Below, in pieces: positions 1-13,419 of a stretch of DNA of 64,000 nucleotides. A program made the translations under genes and the position numbers. The DNA lies in contig OZ037766.1 of the NCBI GenBank assembly GCA_964035545.1, forward strand, positions 12,018,722 to 12,082,721, read 5' to 3'. The DNA is from Bugula neritina (lineage: Eukaryota; Animalia; Bryozoa). Below the pieces are notes generated by a model. It worked only from the letters and a program-made list of their open reading frames with translations, had not been told where the DNA came from and made no database searches. The stretch's first letter is position 1. The number at the start of each line of letters is the position of its first letter.

Positions 1-639
1 GCACATGTAAGCCTTTTGCAAAAGGTATAATACAGACTTGAGCTCAAGCCAAGATGTGTGATAACAAACAATTTCAGTAATCGAAACAAATTATCATTAT
101 TAAATTCAAGAAATTATTTTAATAACGAATACCAGGCAAATAGTTACTTATAGCAAGTAAAAAAATAAACAAAATATTGACACACAGTACCTATCTGAGA
201 TTAGCGGACTTCAAATTAAAAGTATGACATAAAAAATGTATATCCAAATTACTAGCACTCAGTACCTTGAGCAGCTGAAATATGTCGTTATTTAAAATAT
301 AATGAATGTAAATTTAAACTATAATAACCTTGACAAATGTACAGTAAATAGGCTCTGCTAACATTAAACTTAAATGTTATCCAGCGTATTAATTTCAAGG
401 AAATATAAAACATAGCATACAGTAATTAGTTCGGTAATGACCAGTAAAACTAAGGTTTGAAGAAATTGAAAACCATTCCAGGCTCTTAAATAGTACAAGC
501 CAACTTGCATAGGGAAAACTAAAATTTTAGATATGTACATGTTGCATAATAATTCAGCTGAAGCAGTTGATTGACTTCAACAATATCTGTCTGGCATGGT
601 GGCAGAGAGCAACAAGGTGACAGAGAGGAGAAAACTCCA

Positions 640-3600
640 TTATTTGTTTTCTTTTTCCCGATTGTATTCCAATGCATCTGCCCGAGCTCTGTCTCTATAC
701 TGCTGAGTTGAAAGGCGCTTCAGGCCAGTGAAGTCTTTGAATCTAAGAAGAGGGTATTTGGGGAGAGGAGGCCGTTGGTTGTTGTTGATAGAAGGGCATG
801 TGCTGTGGTTTCTGTAGAGCTTTGCTGTTCCATCTTTCATTGAGCTGAAATAAGCAATAGGACGATAATAAGAGTTTAGCGGGCTTCTAGAAATTAGCAT
901 AATATTTATTATGCAGTTTCTCCAAAAAAATTTAAACTGGAAAATATTTTCCCCAATTTAGCTAGAATAGCTTTTTCATTCTAATTTGAAGAGTAAAAAT
1001 AAATCCATAGAAAAACAGTGAATAGAAATTTGGTTAAGGCAGTTCATTTTTTTTAAAAATGGAGACATACTAAATAGTGCTATAGAAATAAATACAAAGA
1101 CTTACCAAGGTCTTTTCAGACCATTTACCACTTGATCTATGTTATCTATCGTCTTAGAGTCAAATCGTTCATATGGATTAAAACGCTTTGAACTTTTGCC
1201 CTACAAGAATAATCATTTCAAATGTTGAATAAAAAGTCACAATTATATTAAAAAGCAATTCAAAATTAAGTTCAGCTACTCAACAGTACATTATTACAAA
1301 ACACTAGAACTTTAACACAAACCTTAATAACTAAAGATTTCATTACTGAAAAGCCTGTATTTCTTGGTTTTACAAAATGGGAACCTTTGTCATAAGTTAG
1401 GTGTTGTGTCGTTTTATCAGTCAGCTGTTGCTGACCATCAACAGGATCACTACGATCATCATGGCCACCGCCTGTAGCGTCATCAGTGGAAATTAAAGCT
1501 TCAGCTTTCAAATGAGTTAAACTTCTCAAGTTATTCTGAATTTTATTAGAATTACTATTAGAATTGATTTTGAGTGTAGGCTTGTTTGATTCATCAGCAA
1601 CAATGTTGGATGATTTGACAGGATTTAGCTTATTGTCGGATGACTTAGTAGCATTCTCACTGCTTGCTTTAGTTGTTCTAGAGGGAATCACTGAATTATG
1701 AGCTGCTTGGCTGGATACTGTATCTTCTTGCCCATTCTGTGTTATCTTCTTATCGGAACTAGATGAATTCACCAATTCAGATCCAGTTGAAGCACCCAAC
1801 GTTTTAGATTTTGCTAGCAACTCTTTAGATGACACTAAATTAGACTCTGATGGTTTGACTTCGTTTTTAGGTGTAGGTTTTGCAAAATGGCCTTTAGCTG
1901 CCAGGTTTTCTTCTTCCTGGTGTTTAGAACTGCTGACAGAAGCATTGTTATCACCAGTGATAGGAGAAACCTGTGCCTCCAGCATTGGTAAAACATTCTT
2001 GTGCAAAGTAGAGGTCAAACTGTTGACACCCTTCAATGCTTCGCATGTTATTTCACATGTATCTTGATCGGTGAAACTCATATGCGGAGATTTTCTTTCT
2101 TTAGCGCCATCTTTTACATGAGCTGAAATAATATGGATCCCTGATTTAGATTTGATATCGGAATTATCAAGATTGTCTAGTGGGTCTGTTGACTTTTCTA
2201 GTGAAGGTTTCCGATCACGTGGATTAAACATCAGTTGAGCAGAGAGACCATCATAGATTTGAGATTTTAACTTTTCCTCCAGACCTGGATGACAAGCTGT
2301 CACCATAGAGGAAGTAGGACCACTTGGTGTCACTTTTACAGCAGGGGTAGCCTTACTACCTCCGAATTTAATAGCTGACTTGAACACTATTGGATTTTTT
2401 GACTCTGTGCCTAAATCAGTCAATGGAACTACAACAGATACATAAATTTATCTTTAAATAATGCTTTAATAAGATTTTGCTGAATTTTATAGTTCTGAAT
2501 ACTGAGTCACAAAATATAGTAGTATTAATATAAAATAAAGTAAAACTGCTAAAAATTCCTATTATTTATAATAGTTAACTCTTCCAATCAACTGCAATAT
2601 ACATTGCGCTGCACACAGTGCACGCTTGTGCATATAATATGTAGATTGTGGCTCTTACAGCATTGCATAAGAATAACAGTAATAAAATGAAAATTAACAG
2701 CACAGTCTTGGTTACTACAATATTATATATTATATTATAAACTATAAACTACATATAACTCAAAGCTGCATGATCATAAATATATAATATAGTTGGTGGA
2801 GCCTCAGAGACAAAAATATTTTTAACGCTGCAAGCATTTTAGATCTTGTGTACCTAACATTTAATATGATCTATTGCAAATTACCAACTTTCTTACTTGG
2901 AAACACATGCAGCCAACAAACTTTTTTTCCAAATTCACATCTGTTCACTACAGCTGTATTTTCTGATTGAAAATATTCATCTCCAAACAGAGAAGGTTTT
3001 ACTTAAAATCATATATACACACCTCCAGACTGTGATTTGAAATTAGGCTGAGAGCAGTGTTGAGATAACAAGCCGCCTTTACAGGGTTCACTGTTGGCTA
3101 GTCTTTTTCTCTAAATACAATATCGACCAGAATTCACTCAATTATTACCAAATATTGCAGCACATGGCATAGTAACACGAAAAATTAATCAAATAAACAT
3201 AGTTCAGAAAACGTGTACAAACCTTCTTAACTTTGGTGAAACTGTCGCATTGATTTTCTGGAACAGGAACAGTGGATTGAGTCCGAGTTAGTTTTAAAGA
3301 AGTTTCAGTGTTGAGCATAGCTTCAGTACTACCCTTTTTATTATCTATAACTGCCTTACCTAATTGCACTGCTTTATTCACATTATGTTTACCTGCAACA
3401 GAAAATATGAAGCTTTGGGAAAAAAGTAATGCTAAAACCATAAGTCAGTGGATGTGTGTCTACCAGTAATGTTAACGCCAATATGTGCATATTATGATAG
3501 TCTAGTAAAATTTTCAGCCAATTAGAACAAACCTGTAATAAATTGAAAATAAGCTGAATGTTGGGTAATACGGCAGTTTTCCATTCAGCTGAATTAGAAT

Positions 3601-6600
3601 GGCTATCACGTGAATAATATTTGAAATAAATAAATAACCTGTTGAAGAAATTTCAGGATCATGGTTGCTGTGTGATGCATTGTGGCTTTGAATCATTTCA
3701 GATGTGTCAGTGGTGAGTGGCGTTGCTGCATAAGACGTCTCTTTGGTGTTTGAATTAGGCAAAACTTTATTAACATTCTTTATTCTCTTAAGCACCGAGT
3801 CAATATCAGCTTTTTTAAGCTTTGATCGTCTGCCAAAATTCCTTTTCTTCATTTTTTCTGCAGATAAAATCAAATAACTTTCTCCACATGCAGCTGTTAT
3901 AAAAATTCATAGAAAGACATACTAAATTGCACTAAGTATGTTTTTCTTTGCAATCTTTACCTTCACCATTGTTAGATCCTAAGAGCTGCTATCTAGAATA
4001 TTCTATTAGTAAGACAACTTCTCATACAAGCATTGTGATCAATTGGCCGCGCTAACAAGTAATATTAAATTAAAACCTAAACATCGTTTACTGTCAATAA
4101 AATAAAAACGAACAAGATATAATACATTAAGATTGTAAAAGCAAGTGAGTCAAATGGTTTGACGCACTAGCCATAACTCCTCATTGGCTACAATTCCTCA
4201 GCTTTTTAATGGCTATGAGCATCAGTTTTAATAAATCAAGTAAATAAATCAAACAATAATTTATAAAGATGTTTTCTGTGGCAGCAAATAAACTTGCTAT
4301 TGATTAGGTTGCTTTAGATATCACTTTAAAAGATAAAAAGCTGCCAACTAAAGTCTCAGATGACAGCAATATGCTATGGGAAATGGTGAGAGGAGGATAA
4401 CATGAGAGGGTAGCAGGATTTGGTAACATGAGAGTAGTAGGAGATGTAGAAGCCATAGATGAAGTACCAGTAGCAGTGCCAGTAGCAACTGGAGTACAAC
4501 CTGATACTGCAGAAGCTGTAACTAGTCGACCAGTGAAAGGTGTTCCAGCAGCAGAAAAATGGGTGGCACAGGCATTAGAAGACGTTGAGGAAGGTGAAAT
4601 AACATTAGAAAGTGGACTCGCACTATAATGTTGTTCTCGGAATGTGGTGGAAGGCCATACTTGGTTTGTCTGTCCTTCGTGGAGGTGGAAGGCTTTGTTG
4701 AGTCAACTCGGCAGGTTGTGTGGTGTGTTGAGTGTTCTGAGAAAGAGCAGACAACACCTCTCTCGGTCCACCAGTAACTCTAGACTGAATCAGAGTGTTT
4801 ACAGCTTTTTCCTTTGTGCTGATCTCAGCTGGGAAAAAAACAACATTTATATTTACAAGGGGTACTAGCTGTAGACAGCGAGATGTTAACTCTGCTCAAC
4901 AGTAGCTCAAATGTTAACACCTTAATGCTTTGCATATCTTTACATTTTTAGTGTTGCAATACTGCCAGCTGTTTGGATAGAGACTAATACATGAAATGAG
5001 AAGGGCAAATGCGGAGACAGTGTGCAAGATTGTTTGCAGAACTGAAACATAACAGCTTACAGCATGGAAGCTGTACTAATTAAATATTATAAACACAATT
5101 ATAGTAGTTGAGCGGGTCACATAAATTGCCTAAGTATGGGGTCTGTTGCTTATGAAAGTTAGCTCTCTTTTAGTCGGTTGTTATAGAGCTCTGATAGAGA
5201 TTCGATATGCATACGCTGTCAGACAAGAACACGCCTACTGACCAAAAACATTAAAAAAAATAGTTAAATTAATGGGTTAAAACACTCCCGAAAGTGTGCC
5301 TGTCTAGCAAAGTGTTTAAATAAAAACAAACTCGTTCGTTTTACCATTTGCCAATGTATTCATGCTTTCATCACCATTTTTCACAAAACCTTTATCTACG
5401 TTTGCTATATTTTCATCTGTAGCCTCAATATACTCTTGATCTGTCTCGCTCTTCAGGTTTTTACCTGTAGTTTCAAAAACAGTTTTATGTGTTGGCCTCT
5501 CCATGCTTTCATTTATCAACTGTTTTATGTTTCTGCCTCATAAAATTTCCATGCTTTTATCTGCAGCATATACAATACTTTTGTAAGCAAATTTACCCAT
5601 GCCTTTATCTGAATCTTCATCTTCAACTTTTTCTGCCACTTTCCCTGCCAGTTTATCTATGCTTTTATTTAAACCTCCACCTGCCAAGTTCACCATGCTT
5701 TTATTGGGAGTTTTAACCGAGTCCGTCACTACCCTTTTATCTGCAACTGCCAACTTCTATATATATTATAACAGCATTCTTTACAAACTTATCGTTTTTT
5801 CTGCAATATTCATAGTATTTAAATGTGTTGAATTTCTCGTACCTTCATCCTTGAGCCCTTCAATGTTTTCTAACATTGGACATATTTCACTATGTGGTGA
5901 CAGTAACTTTTGGTCCTTTGTAAGATTCACCTGATTTTCAAAAACTTAAAATAATTAGAAATATAAAACTTGAAACATTTTCATGCATCAAAGAACGCTG
6001 TGAACCCAAAACTTTGAGGCGTCAAAACATAAGAGCTGGTACTTGAAACTACCAGCTTTTTGACTCCACATTTGAAAAGTAAACGCCCTCAAACAGAAAA
6101 GTAACTGGACAAAGTGTATGATTACAGCGAATAAATTCATAATATTGAAGATTAATTAATATAATTTACAATATTTAACACTAAATTAATAGAATTTATA
6201 TTACTGAACATCAAGTTTACACAATTGTCTAACCTGTGCTATAGGTTTGTGAGCCTCTGGATACATGGACAGCAATCGCTGGATACTAAAGCCTTCAGTG
6301 TCGTAGCTTTGGGTAACACCACATCTACAGACCAAGCTATACTATCAACTAAACTCTAAAGGCTAATGTGATACAACACTATAGTCCACACTTTTCTGAA
6401 ATAAACCACTATGGTGGACCTATTCAACTTTTGTGTACTTTCAGTATTAAACATTATAGCAATGCATTATGTTTCCCATTGCTTTTTTTTCAAGAACAAC
6501 AGCAACATAATATTTCTATGATCTTGCAATATGGAATAGCAGATTATTTACTATCAAAAATTTCAATTTGCGTTAAAAACCAAGCTTTCAAACAAGAGAA

Positions 6601-9600
6601 AAACGTAGCAAACATGGCTACGCTGAAAACTACCAGAAAAGCCCAGAAAATACTCCATATGTTTAAGCATCACTTCCATGTGTGTTAACTGTTACTGCTT
6701 TATTATTACTATTATAAAATAAATGTGAGCATTTATTCAGCTTTTTAAAACAAAGTACATATACCTTTTTATTGTACGATTTCTGTAAAATAGAAATATC
6801 TTTACTTTAAATAAAGAGATACACACAAATGTTTTGTAGGTCTCCCAACTTATGTAACTACTGGGCTGTCTTGACATTAAACAATGGTTTTTATTATAAC
6901 TTTGAATATGACACAAAGTTTCAAATATAAATTTTCTACCAGTATGATACTCAGATTACAAGTTTTCCAAGATTAGTACTAGCAAAGTACTCCAGGAACG
7001 CATCATAATAAACAAGAATTACTACTATGCCATGAATAGGACAAATACTCCTAGAGCTTCTTTTACACCAACATTTGTAACGAGAACACGACTCAGAACA
7101 TGTACTTATTGCCTTCACTATAGCTAGTATAGCATGATGAAGTGTAGCCTGTAGAATAGCCAGCTAATCAAAAGTTCCGTTGACGAAAGTTTAATTCAAT
7201 AGCATGCATTGTTACAACCCACCTGACTTCTAGTAAGGCAACTGGGCAGACCTGGAGAGGTTTCACAGACAGCTGGCTGTCTTCATTGTAATGGCGGATA
7301 TACCACAGTTTAGAGAGGTAAAACATCTCATAAGATCTGCAGTAATGAGTAGACAACTACAGAAAATAATAACTATAATAACCCACAATAGTAAATATAG
7401 GATCACCTTTTGCAGAGGCCAAAAACATTGAACAAATAACTCTAGACAGTTCCGCCCATTGCAAAATTAGACTGACTTACAGAGAAGGTAAGTGCAACTT
7501 ACTGATCAGCTGAATAGGAAGTCGAACCAATCAGAGTGTTGAATTTAGATGCTGGTTCACTTTGAACTACTACAGAGCTGTTGGTCACCTTCTGTCTAAC
7601 CTGTCTCTCACTTGGAAGGTGTTCAACTTTTCCCTAAAGCAGTAATCGCCAACAATAATGAAACCTAAAGACCAGGGATGGACAACTTCTTCTGTGTGGA
7701 GGCCAAGTTCAGAAGCCAGTCAATAGGAAAGGCAACATGATTGTACACATGATTAAATTTCATTATAGTAAAGTAATTTGTCACTAAATCTATGATTTGC
7801 TAATCAGAATGCATATAACAGCTTTCACTTCTCTTAAGCATTAAAAGGGTAACTGTAAGATGGGTAAAGGGCCACAGACGGCCCTGAGACACTCAGTTGC
7901 CCACCCCTGCCATAGACAAAGTCAGCTATGGTTTTATAAACCTAATACACATAAGCTGAGAGTCTTAGTTGAGAGATAAAACAATATCTCCCCTTACTGA
8001 TTCGCTTTTGGCTTGCCGATTGGGATTGAGTCGTGGGACTTGACTGCTTTAATTATAGAAAAAGCAACTTCCCACATCACTTGTTAGAACCCAAGCTGGG
8101 CATGCATGCCGTAAGAATATAAAGCAAATTAGTACATTATGTTAGTATGAAGAAAATCAATCATGATGAGACCATAATATAATTGACATTTACAGGATTA
8201 TAACGAAATAATGTCAATTTTCAACCATCTTTTTGACCATAATAAGACGGGAAATCTATACCCCAGGTGTCTATATAGTTCATCTGCAATTTATATAAAT
8301 ACATAAATTTATAACTCCTATAATTTTACTAATGATAATTATTATACCATGAAAAAGAAATTCTAAGATGACATCACCTACTATCCATACCTTCATGAGT
8401 TTAAACATGAGTAACGTTCTTTGGTAGTTCTTCCTGTATTTGTACTGAACGATGTCAGCATGCCTTGACAGCTGCACGGCTGAAATCATAACTTGGCCAT
8501 TTGATTACCAACAGACAAAGCCTATCTAATGTAAGGTAACCACAGTGGCTGCTTTGCAGCTCATCAACCAGTATATTTGATTATTTAATTAGTATTCCAG
8601 AAACTTTTATTACAGGTAAGAGATGACAGCCAGTACTGATCAATCTGAACTTCAGTGTCCCAACATCTGAACTTCAGCGTCCAGTAAAAATGGCAAAGTA
8701 GGTAAAAATGGTACATTTTCAATATTAGGTTTTGGGGTGGTGGTTGGGGGTTTGGAATGGAGGGTTTGGGGTATTGACTTTGGGGTTTAAGGGTTGGGGT
8801 TTGGGAAAATTTAACATCAGTGTGCCATTTTTACCTACTTTTTCATTTGTGCTTTTATTACCTAAAATCCTAAACTTCACTCTGTTGTATATTATATCTC
8901 ACTACACTAAATAGACCAACAGCTATTCATTTCACTAAAGTCTAGGGTGAAGAGAATACCTTTATGTGGATCCCCTAGCAATGACTTCTGTATGTTTCCA
9001 CATCCTAAACCATGTCTACAGGCAGCCATAACAGCCTCCTCCGACTCAGCACTAACATCCAGATATCCATAGCATGCATTGGTGCAGTCTTCCTTATCTC
9101 TCCATTCTGCCTGCCAGCACTTTTGGAGCTGGTCAAACTGGAAAACAGCTGCTATTGTAGACTCTTACACTGGCATATAGTTTGGTGAAATAGACATAGC
9201 ATGTGGTATTTATGTTCAGTTTCATCAGCTTCAGTTAGGAGTTTGTGACCTAAGTTTAAAGTCAGAACTGCCTGCATGTGCATCATTTCATCATTATTCT
9301 GTGCTGTAACAAATGATGTCCGGTAGAAATGGCACAGGAAAAAATGGCACATTTTCAATATTAGAGTTTGGGTGAGGTTGGGTGTTTGGGATAGGTGTTT
9401 AGGTTTGGGAAGGAGGGTTTGAGTTTGGGAAAATTTAACATTAGTGTGCCATTTTTTCCTACTTTCTCATTTGTGCCCTTATTACCCGTGCCATTTTTAC
9501 CTAAAATCGAAATAAATAACAGCCCACAGACTGAGGTAGACACAGTGAAACCAAACCAGTTACAATGTGGCTCATACTCAATCCGAATGCTCAATAATTT

Positions 9601-12254
9601 CCAACAATTGAAAATAATTGCTTATATAAATCAGTTTGTTTTCTTTTTAAAGATTTATCTGCAAATATTTTTAATGTTTTTTGCTAGTCAAAACACTTTT
9701 GAGTGCTATTGAAAAGATATGTTGAAGAAAGCCTTTTACAAAATAATGCTAAAGTGTGATTACCAATTTTAGTAAACAGTTTTGATTTGAGCAGAGAACA
9801 TCCTTTGACAAAATTTCATTTTCAAAAAATAGCTTGTCAACTGCTGTTTCCTAGCCTAAACTGAAACCATGCGACTCAACAAAAGTATGTAACAGCAAAG
9901 AAATGTCATCAAATGACTTGTCATCTGAAAGAAACCCACCTCGTTTTGGCCAGTAATGTTGTGGTGGTGACGGCAACACAAATGTCATTTTGAAAAGCCT
10001 CACTTGGGGAAAAAAAACAAAACATTTCAAAAATGTACAAATAAAAATCAGACTTTATAAAAAATGGTCATTTCCTTAAGATCAAAAGTAGCTGATAGCT
10101 GGAAATTTTGAACGTAGACTAGTTGGAAAGAAAGAAGTCAGTCTATGTGATCATATTAATTAGCCAAGCACTGAAAGCTATCTGATTTATTAGTTAAAGT
10201 TTTAAAGTAACTGATGCTAACCTTATGTTGCAAACATGTGTTGTTAACCTCATACATTTCACAGATTTCGAAACATTCTTTCTTTTCTGTGTCCAGACTC
10301 TCTAACACTGCGTTTTGAAATAGGTCAAAACTGGGTGATGGTTTTGATAGCTTGGTTATACTCAACTCTGAAAGCAATTACAATTAACAGCAGTGCCTTC
10401 TAGTTGCAGCTGAGGAGGCAGAGCACAGAGAACAGGGTTTTGGTAACAATTCTACAGTTCATTACTTCTAATAAGTTAGAACTTTAGAGTAATTGAGTCA
10501 AGTGTGCCCTTATTTTGAAACAATTTGTGAGACAATTTTGGCAGTTTAAAAGAATGCCTCCATGATTTATTTTGGCAACTGTAGTTCATTTTAAATCAAA
10601 AGCTCAAACAGAACTTTGTAGCATTGTAAGTTGTCTGAAGCACACATTCTACACCCTAGAGCCAAACCAAAAGTAATAAGCCAACAGCAAACAACATCTC
10701 CGCACCTAAATCTAACCAATTCACAGCAAAATGATGCAAAGGGCTGACCACTCACAGCACATTTGTGGTTTTCAAAGCAAGCGCTCTCAGGGCTCATAGT
10801 ATGGCTATGGGTATTTGGGTAACAGAAGCTCATGACTACACCTAAATGTCATTCTGCCACACATTATATATAATCTTCATTGCATTTAAAATCCATTGTA
10901 CCACCATGGCATACTAATGTCACACACCAGTACCCTAATTAAAACTAATTTTAGTCCTGCAAGAGAATAGTTATCTAATATTTCATTGCTAGCCATTAGT
11001 CTGAATAGGTCTGTGGCGATTTTCTATTGAAGAAGTGCAGCATATTAACTATTAATATAATGTAGGATAACCTAGCTGAAGTCTACTAATAAATACTTGA
11101 TTTGCAATATTTATTTACCGCCAGTCAACATTTATGAGCAGGTTTGCCTATTTGAGGTGCCCAAATTCTAGAAAAGTGACACAACTCCTATATAAAAAGC
11201 AAAGTCATTAGTTGCACATAGTGGTTTGCAACTTTTTTAGGCCGAGTAGTGAGTACCCATGTCATTTCTGCTAGATCCTCTACTCTATGTACATGGTAGA
11301 GCCTAGTAGAAGGATGAATTATTCACTCATCACTGAATATAACTTGACCAACAATGCATATTACCGAAGTAACCTACACATATCTGATGTTAAATACTAA
11401 CACTAACAGTACCCCAAGTTGGGAACCGCTCTGTAATATTTATATAGGTGTACATTGTACCTTACCGCTGTAATTAGTATTACTGATGACCTACTGATAC
11501 TGCACATTTGGCTTTGCAGCACCATGCACTTTTTCTTAAAGCTAACTTCCGATTAAAGATTTATGACTAGATTGCTTATACTTATAGTTTTACTACAATC
11601 TCTTGAACATCAAAACTCTATAGTACTTGCATCAGCTAGACTCTGCTTGACTGAATCTAACAATACTTCATCATAGCATTTCCAGTTATTGCCTAAAAGT
11701 TGTACCCAGACCTTTCTACAGAAAAGCAAATTATGTTGGCATGGCTAATCTAATAGAAAGGTGGCTGTTTTCAAGATGTGGTATTTTAATGAAAACTTCT
11801 CTCAAAAACATTCATTCCTGCACCCAGTGGTGAATCTTTGCTTACAAAGACCAAAGCCAAGGGCAACATACCAAGGTTTTTAAGCATTTATTTATAATCT
11901 CATACTCAAAGCGAAATACCAGCCTAAAAGTAAATAGAATATTTGTTGTTCTATAAAATGATGCTTTTGCTATGAGTTTAATTTAATCTTATAAAGTTGA
12001 ACTTGAAGTTGATCATGACTTAAAACTATAAGTATAGCATTAACAATAACTGACATGAACTTAAAGTGATCATGAAGTAACGAGCACAGCTGCCAGTACT
12101 ACTACTTCTACTACTAGTAATACTAATAGTAGTAATAATAATTACTAAAATAAAATCAAAATGTTATTTAATTAAACTTTTATGAGATTGATTATATCAT
12201 GTATTCACAAATACTATTGTATGAATTAGTTAAATTAATGATTAACTTACCCAT
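640..12254 (-). CDS. DUF3715 (pseudo-PARP, TASOR/TEX15-like) domain protein with long disordered C-terminal region, ~975 aa, 15 coding exons
   Basis: Phase-consistent GT-AG model: 12254-12251, 10367-10222, 9137-8960, 8479-8391, 7633-7503, 7336-7223, 6324-6234, 5930-5843, 4828-4661, 3893-3639, 3392-3223, 3110-3023, 2428-1323, 1200-1106, 844-640 (2928 nt). The spliced N-terminus (VNNTCLQHK-FDQLQKCWQAEWRDKEDCTNACYGYL...GLGCGNIQKSLLGDPHKAVQLSRHADIVQ...LLMFKLMKGKV...YNEDSQLSVKPLQVCPVALLEV) is collinear with the DUF3715 motifs I recall from TASOR (VHNxxLEKEF...GLxVG..LGxPxxGVYLSRxAD...FKxxKGK...RPRHVCPYAVV). Downstream exon choices are less certain. Confidence 0.75.
7673..7909. mobile_element. Old non-autonomous hAT (Charlie-like) MITE in an intron
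   Basis: Termini CAGGGATGGACAACT and AGTTGCCCACCCCTG form a 15-bp TIR with 2 mismatches. The 8-bp flanks CTAAAGAC and CCATAGAC match at 6/8, consistent with a decayed TSD. Confidence 0.55.
8685..8869. mobile_element. Non-autonomous foldback-like element with G-rich core, copy 1
   Basis: Reiterated GGTAAAAATGG(C/T)AC ... GTGCCATTTTTACC inverted ends flank a G-run-rich core (TTTGGGG/GGTTGG). Clearly homologous to 9322-9507. Confidence 0.65.
9322..9507. mobile_element. Non-autonomous foldback-like element with G-rich core, copy 2
   Basis: Same ends and internal sequence (CATTTTCAATATTAG...TTGGGAAAATTTAACAT.AGTGTGCCATTTTT) as 8685-8869, in the same orientation. Confidence 0.65.
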
Positions 12255-13257
12255 AATTGTTTCTGAGAAAAATTGAGAGAATAAACTCACAGATAATATC
12301 GTGACTTTCAACACCTATCTCTGCATACTAATATTGCCATAGCATCCTTACGTACCAACAAAGCACTTCAACATGAGCTCATTTGATTGGTTAGACACTG
12401 AAAATTAGAACAACATGCTTGAAACTGAACTAACATCTTTGGAGTTAGACTAGGGAGAGACTATTAGTGTTACATAATACAACAATGAACTTGCATTGCC
12501 AATGCCAGACGAAAACAAATTTTATTTGAATTGCTATTTCTAATAGGTGCCAATACCCAGCAAGGTTTAGCTGAAACAAGGATTAGGAGCCTATTTCATC
12601 ACAGTACATGTACTGGTACAGCCAGGAGTTTTTGAAAGGTGCAAATTTTTACTGGTAGTGGTTAGGGTTTATAATGTTTCGGTTGATTTGGATGGTTGGG
12701 GGAGGGCAACTAGATAATTAATTTCACAGACAATTGTTAAAATATTATTATTATATAATTTAATTTTATATTACCAACTGACAATTTGAATTTAAATTTC
12801 AATAACTATAAGTACAACCAAGTGCAATACTCATACTGCAATCTGCAATGGCACTTAATTTAATATTAGTATTACGACTAGTATTAACTATTATAAATAC
12901 AAAAGGATACGCACAAGTATATATAATAATATTAGTAATAAATAATAATAATAATACTCTTACAGGCACAGACACGCCCGAGGGGCTTTAATAAAATTAA
13001 TTTTAAAACTAAAAGTAAAATCCATTGGACTTGGTTGAACGTTGATAAACAAATTCAAAATGTTGTTAAAATAAACAGTCAGCCACGCGCATTCACTGTG
13101 ACTTACAGCTGCAAAATGAGTGCTAAACTCAGCCACCAAGTCTTACCTTATAGACTAAAAGCTTTTTGGTAAGCGTTTCAACATGTATCTAAATCGAAAT
13201 AAGAGCCAAGCCAATTTAGTCTGCTGTCGATAAGCGGCAGTTGAAGTTGAATGGTTT

Positions 13258-13419
13258 TATAAACAGCTCCGAGTTGGTAGCTACTGAGTGCAATAGTTTG
13301 CGGTTCTTGAGTTTAAAGTTGGGAGTTTCCAGTTTTAATCACAAATTTATACCCCAAACTCTAAACTCGAGAACTGCAAGCTATTGCACCCAGTCACCAC
13401 CGAGTCGGAGCTGTTTATA
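13258..13419. mobile_element. Palindromic MITE (TATAA[A/G]CAGCTC family), copy 1
   Basis: Long imperfect inverted arms, TATAAACAGCTCCGAGTTGG...CCGAGTCGGAGCTGTTTATA. Homologous copies at 52845-52996, 53061-53111 (right arm only) and 53319-53435. Confidence 0.7.

Noticed and set aside
883-888. NAGNAG acceptor (TAG-AAG) that would toggle between a TGA stop and read-through
   Set aside because: A stronger in-frame acceptor with a pyrimidine tract (TTGCTTATTTCAG, exon start 844) explains the junction.
5538-5540. In-frame TGA as selenocysteine or programmed readthrough
   Set aside because: Low-complexity context, no SECIS recognised, TGA-G context, and the region is intronic in the in-phase model.
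9940-10003. Apparent small exon in the DUF3715 gene
   Set aside because: Including it breaks the phase; direct 10222>9137 splicing restores the domain alignment.
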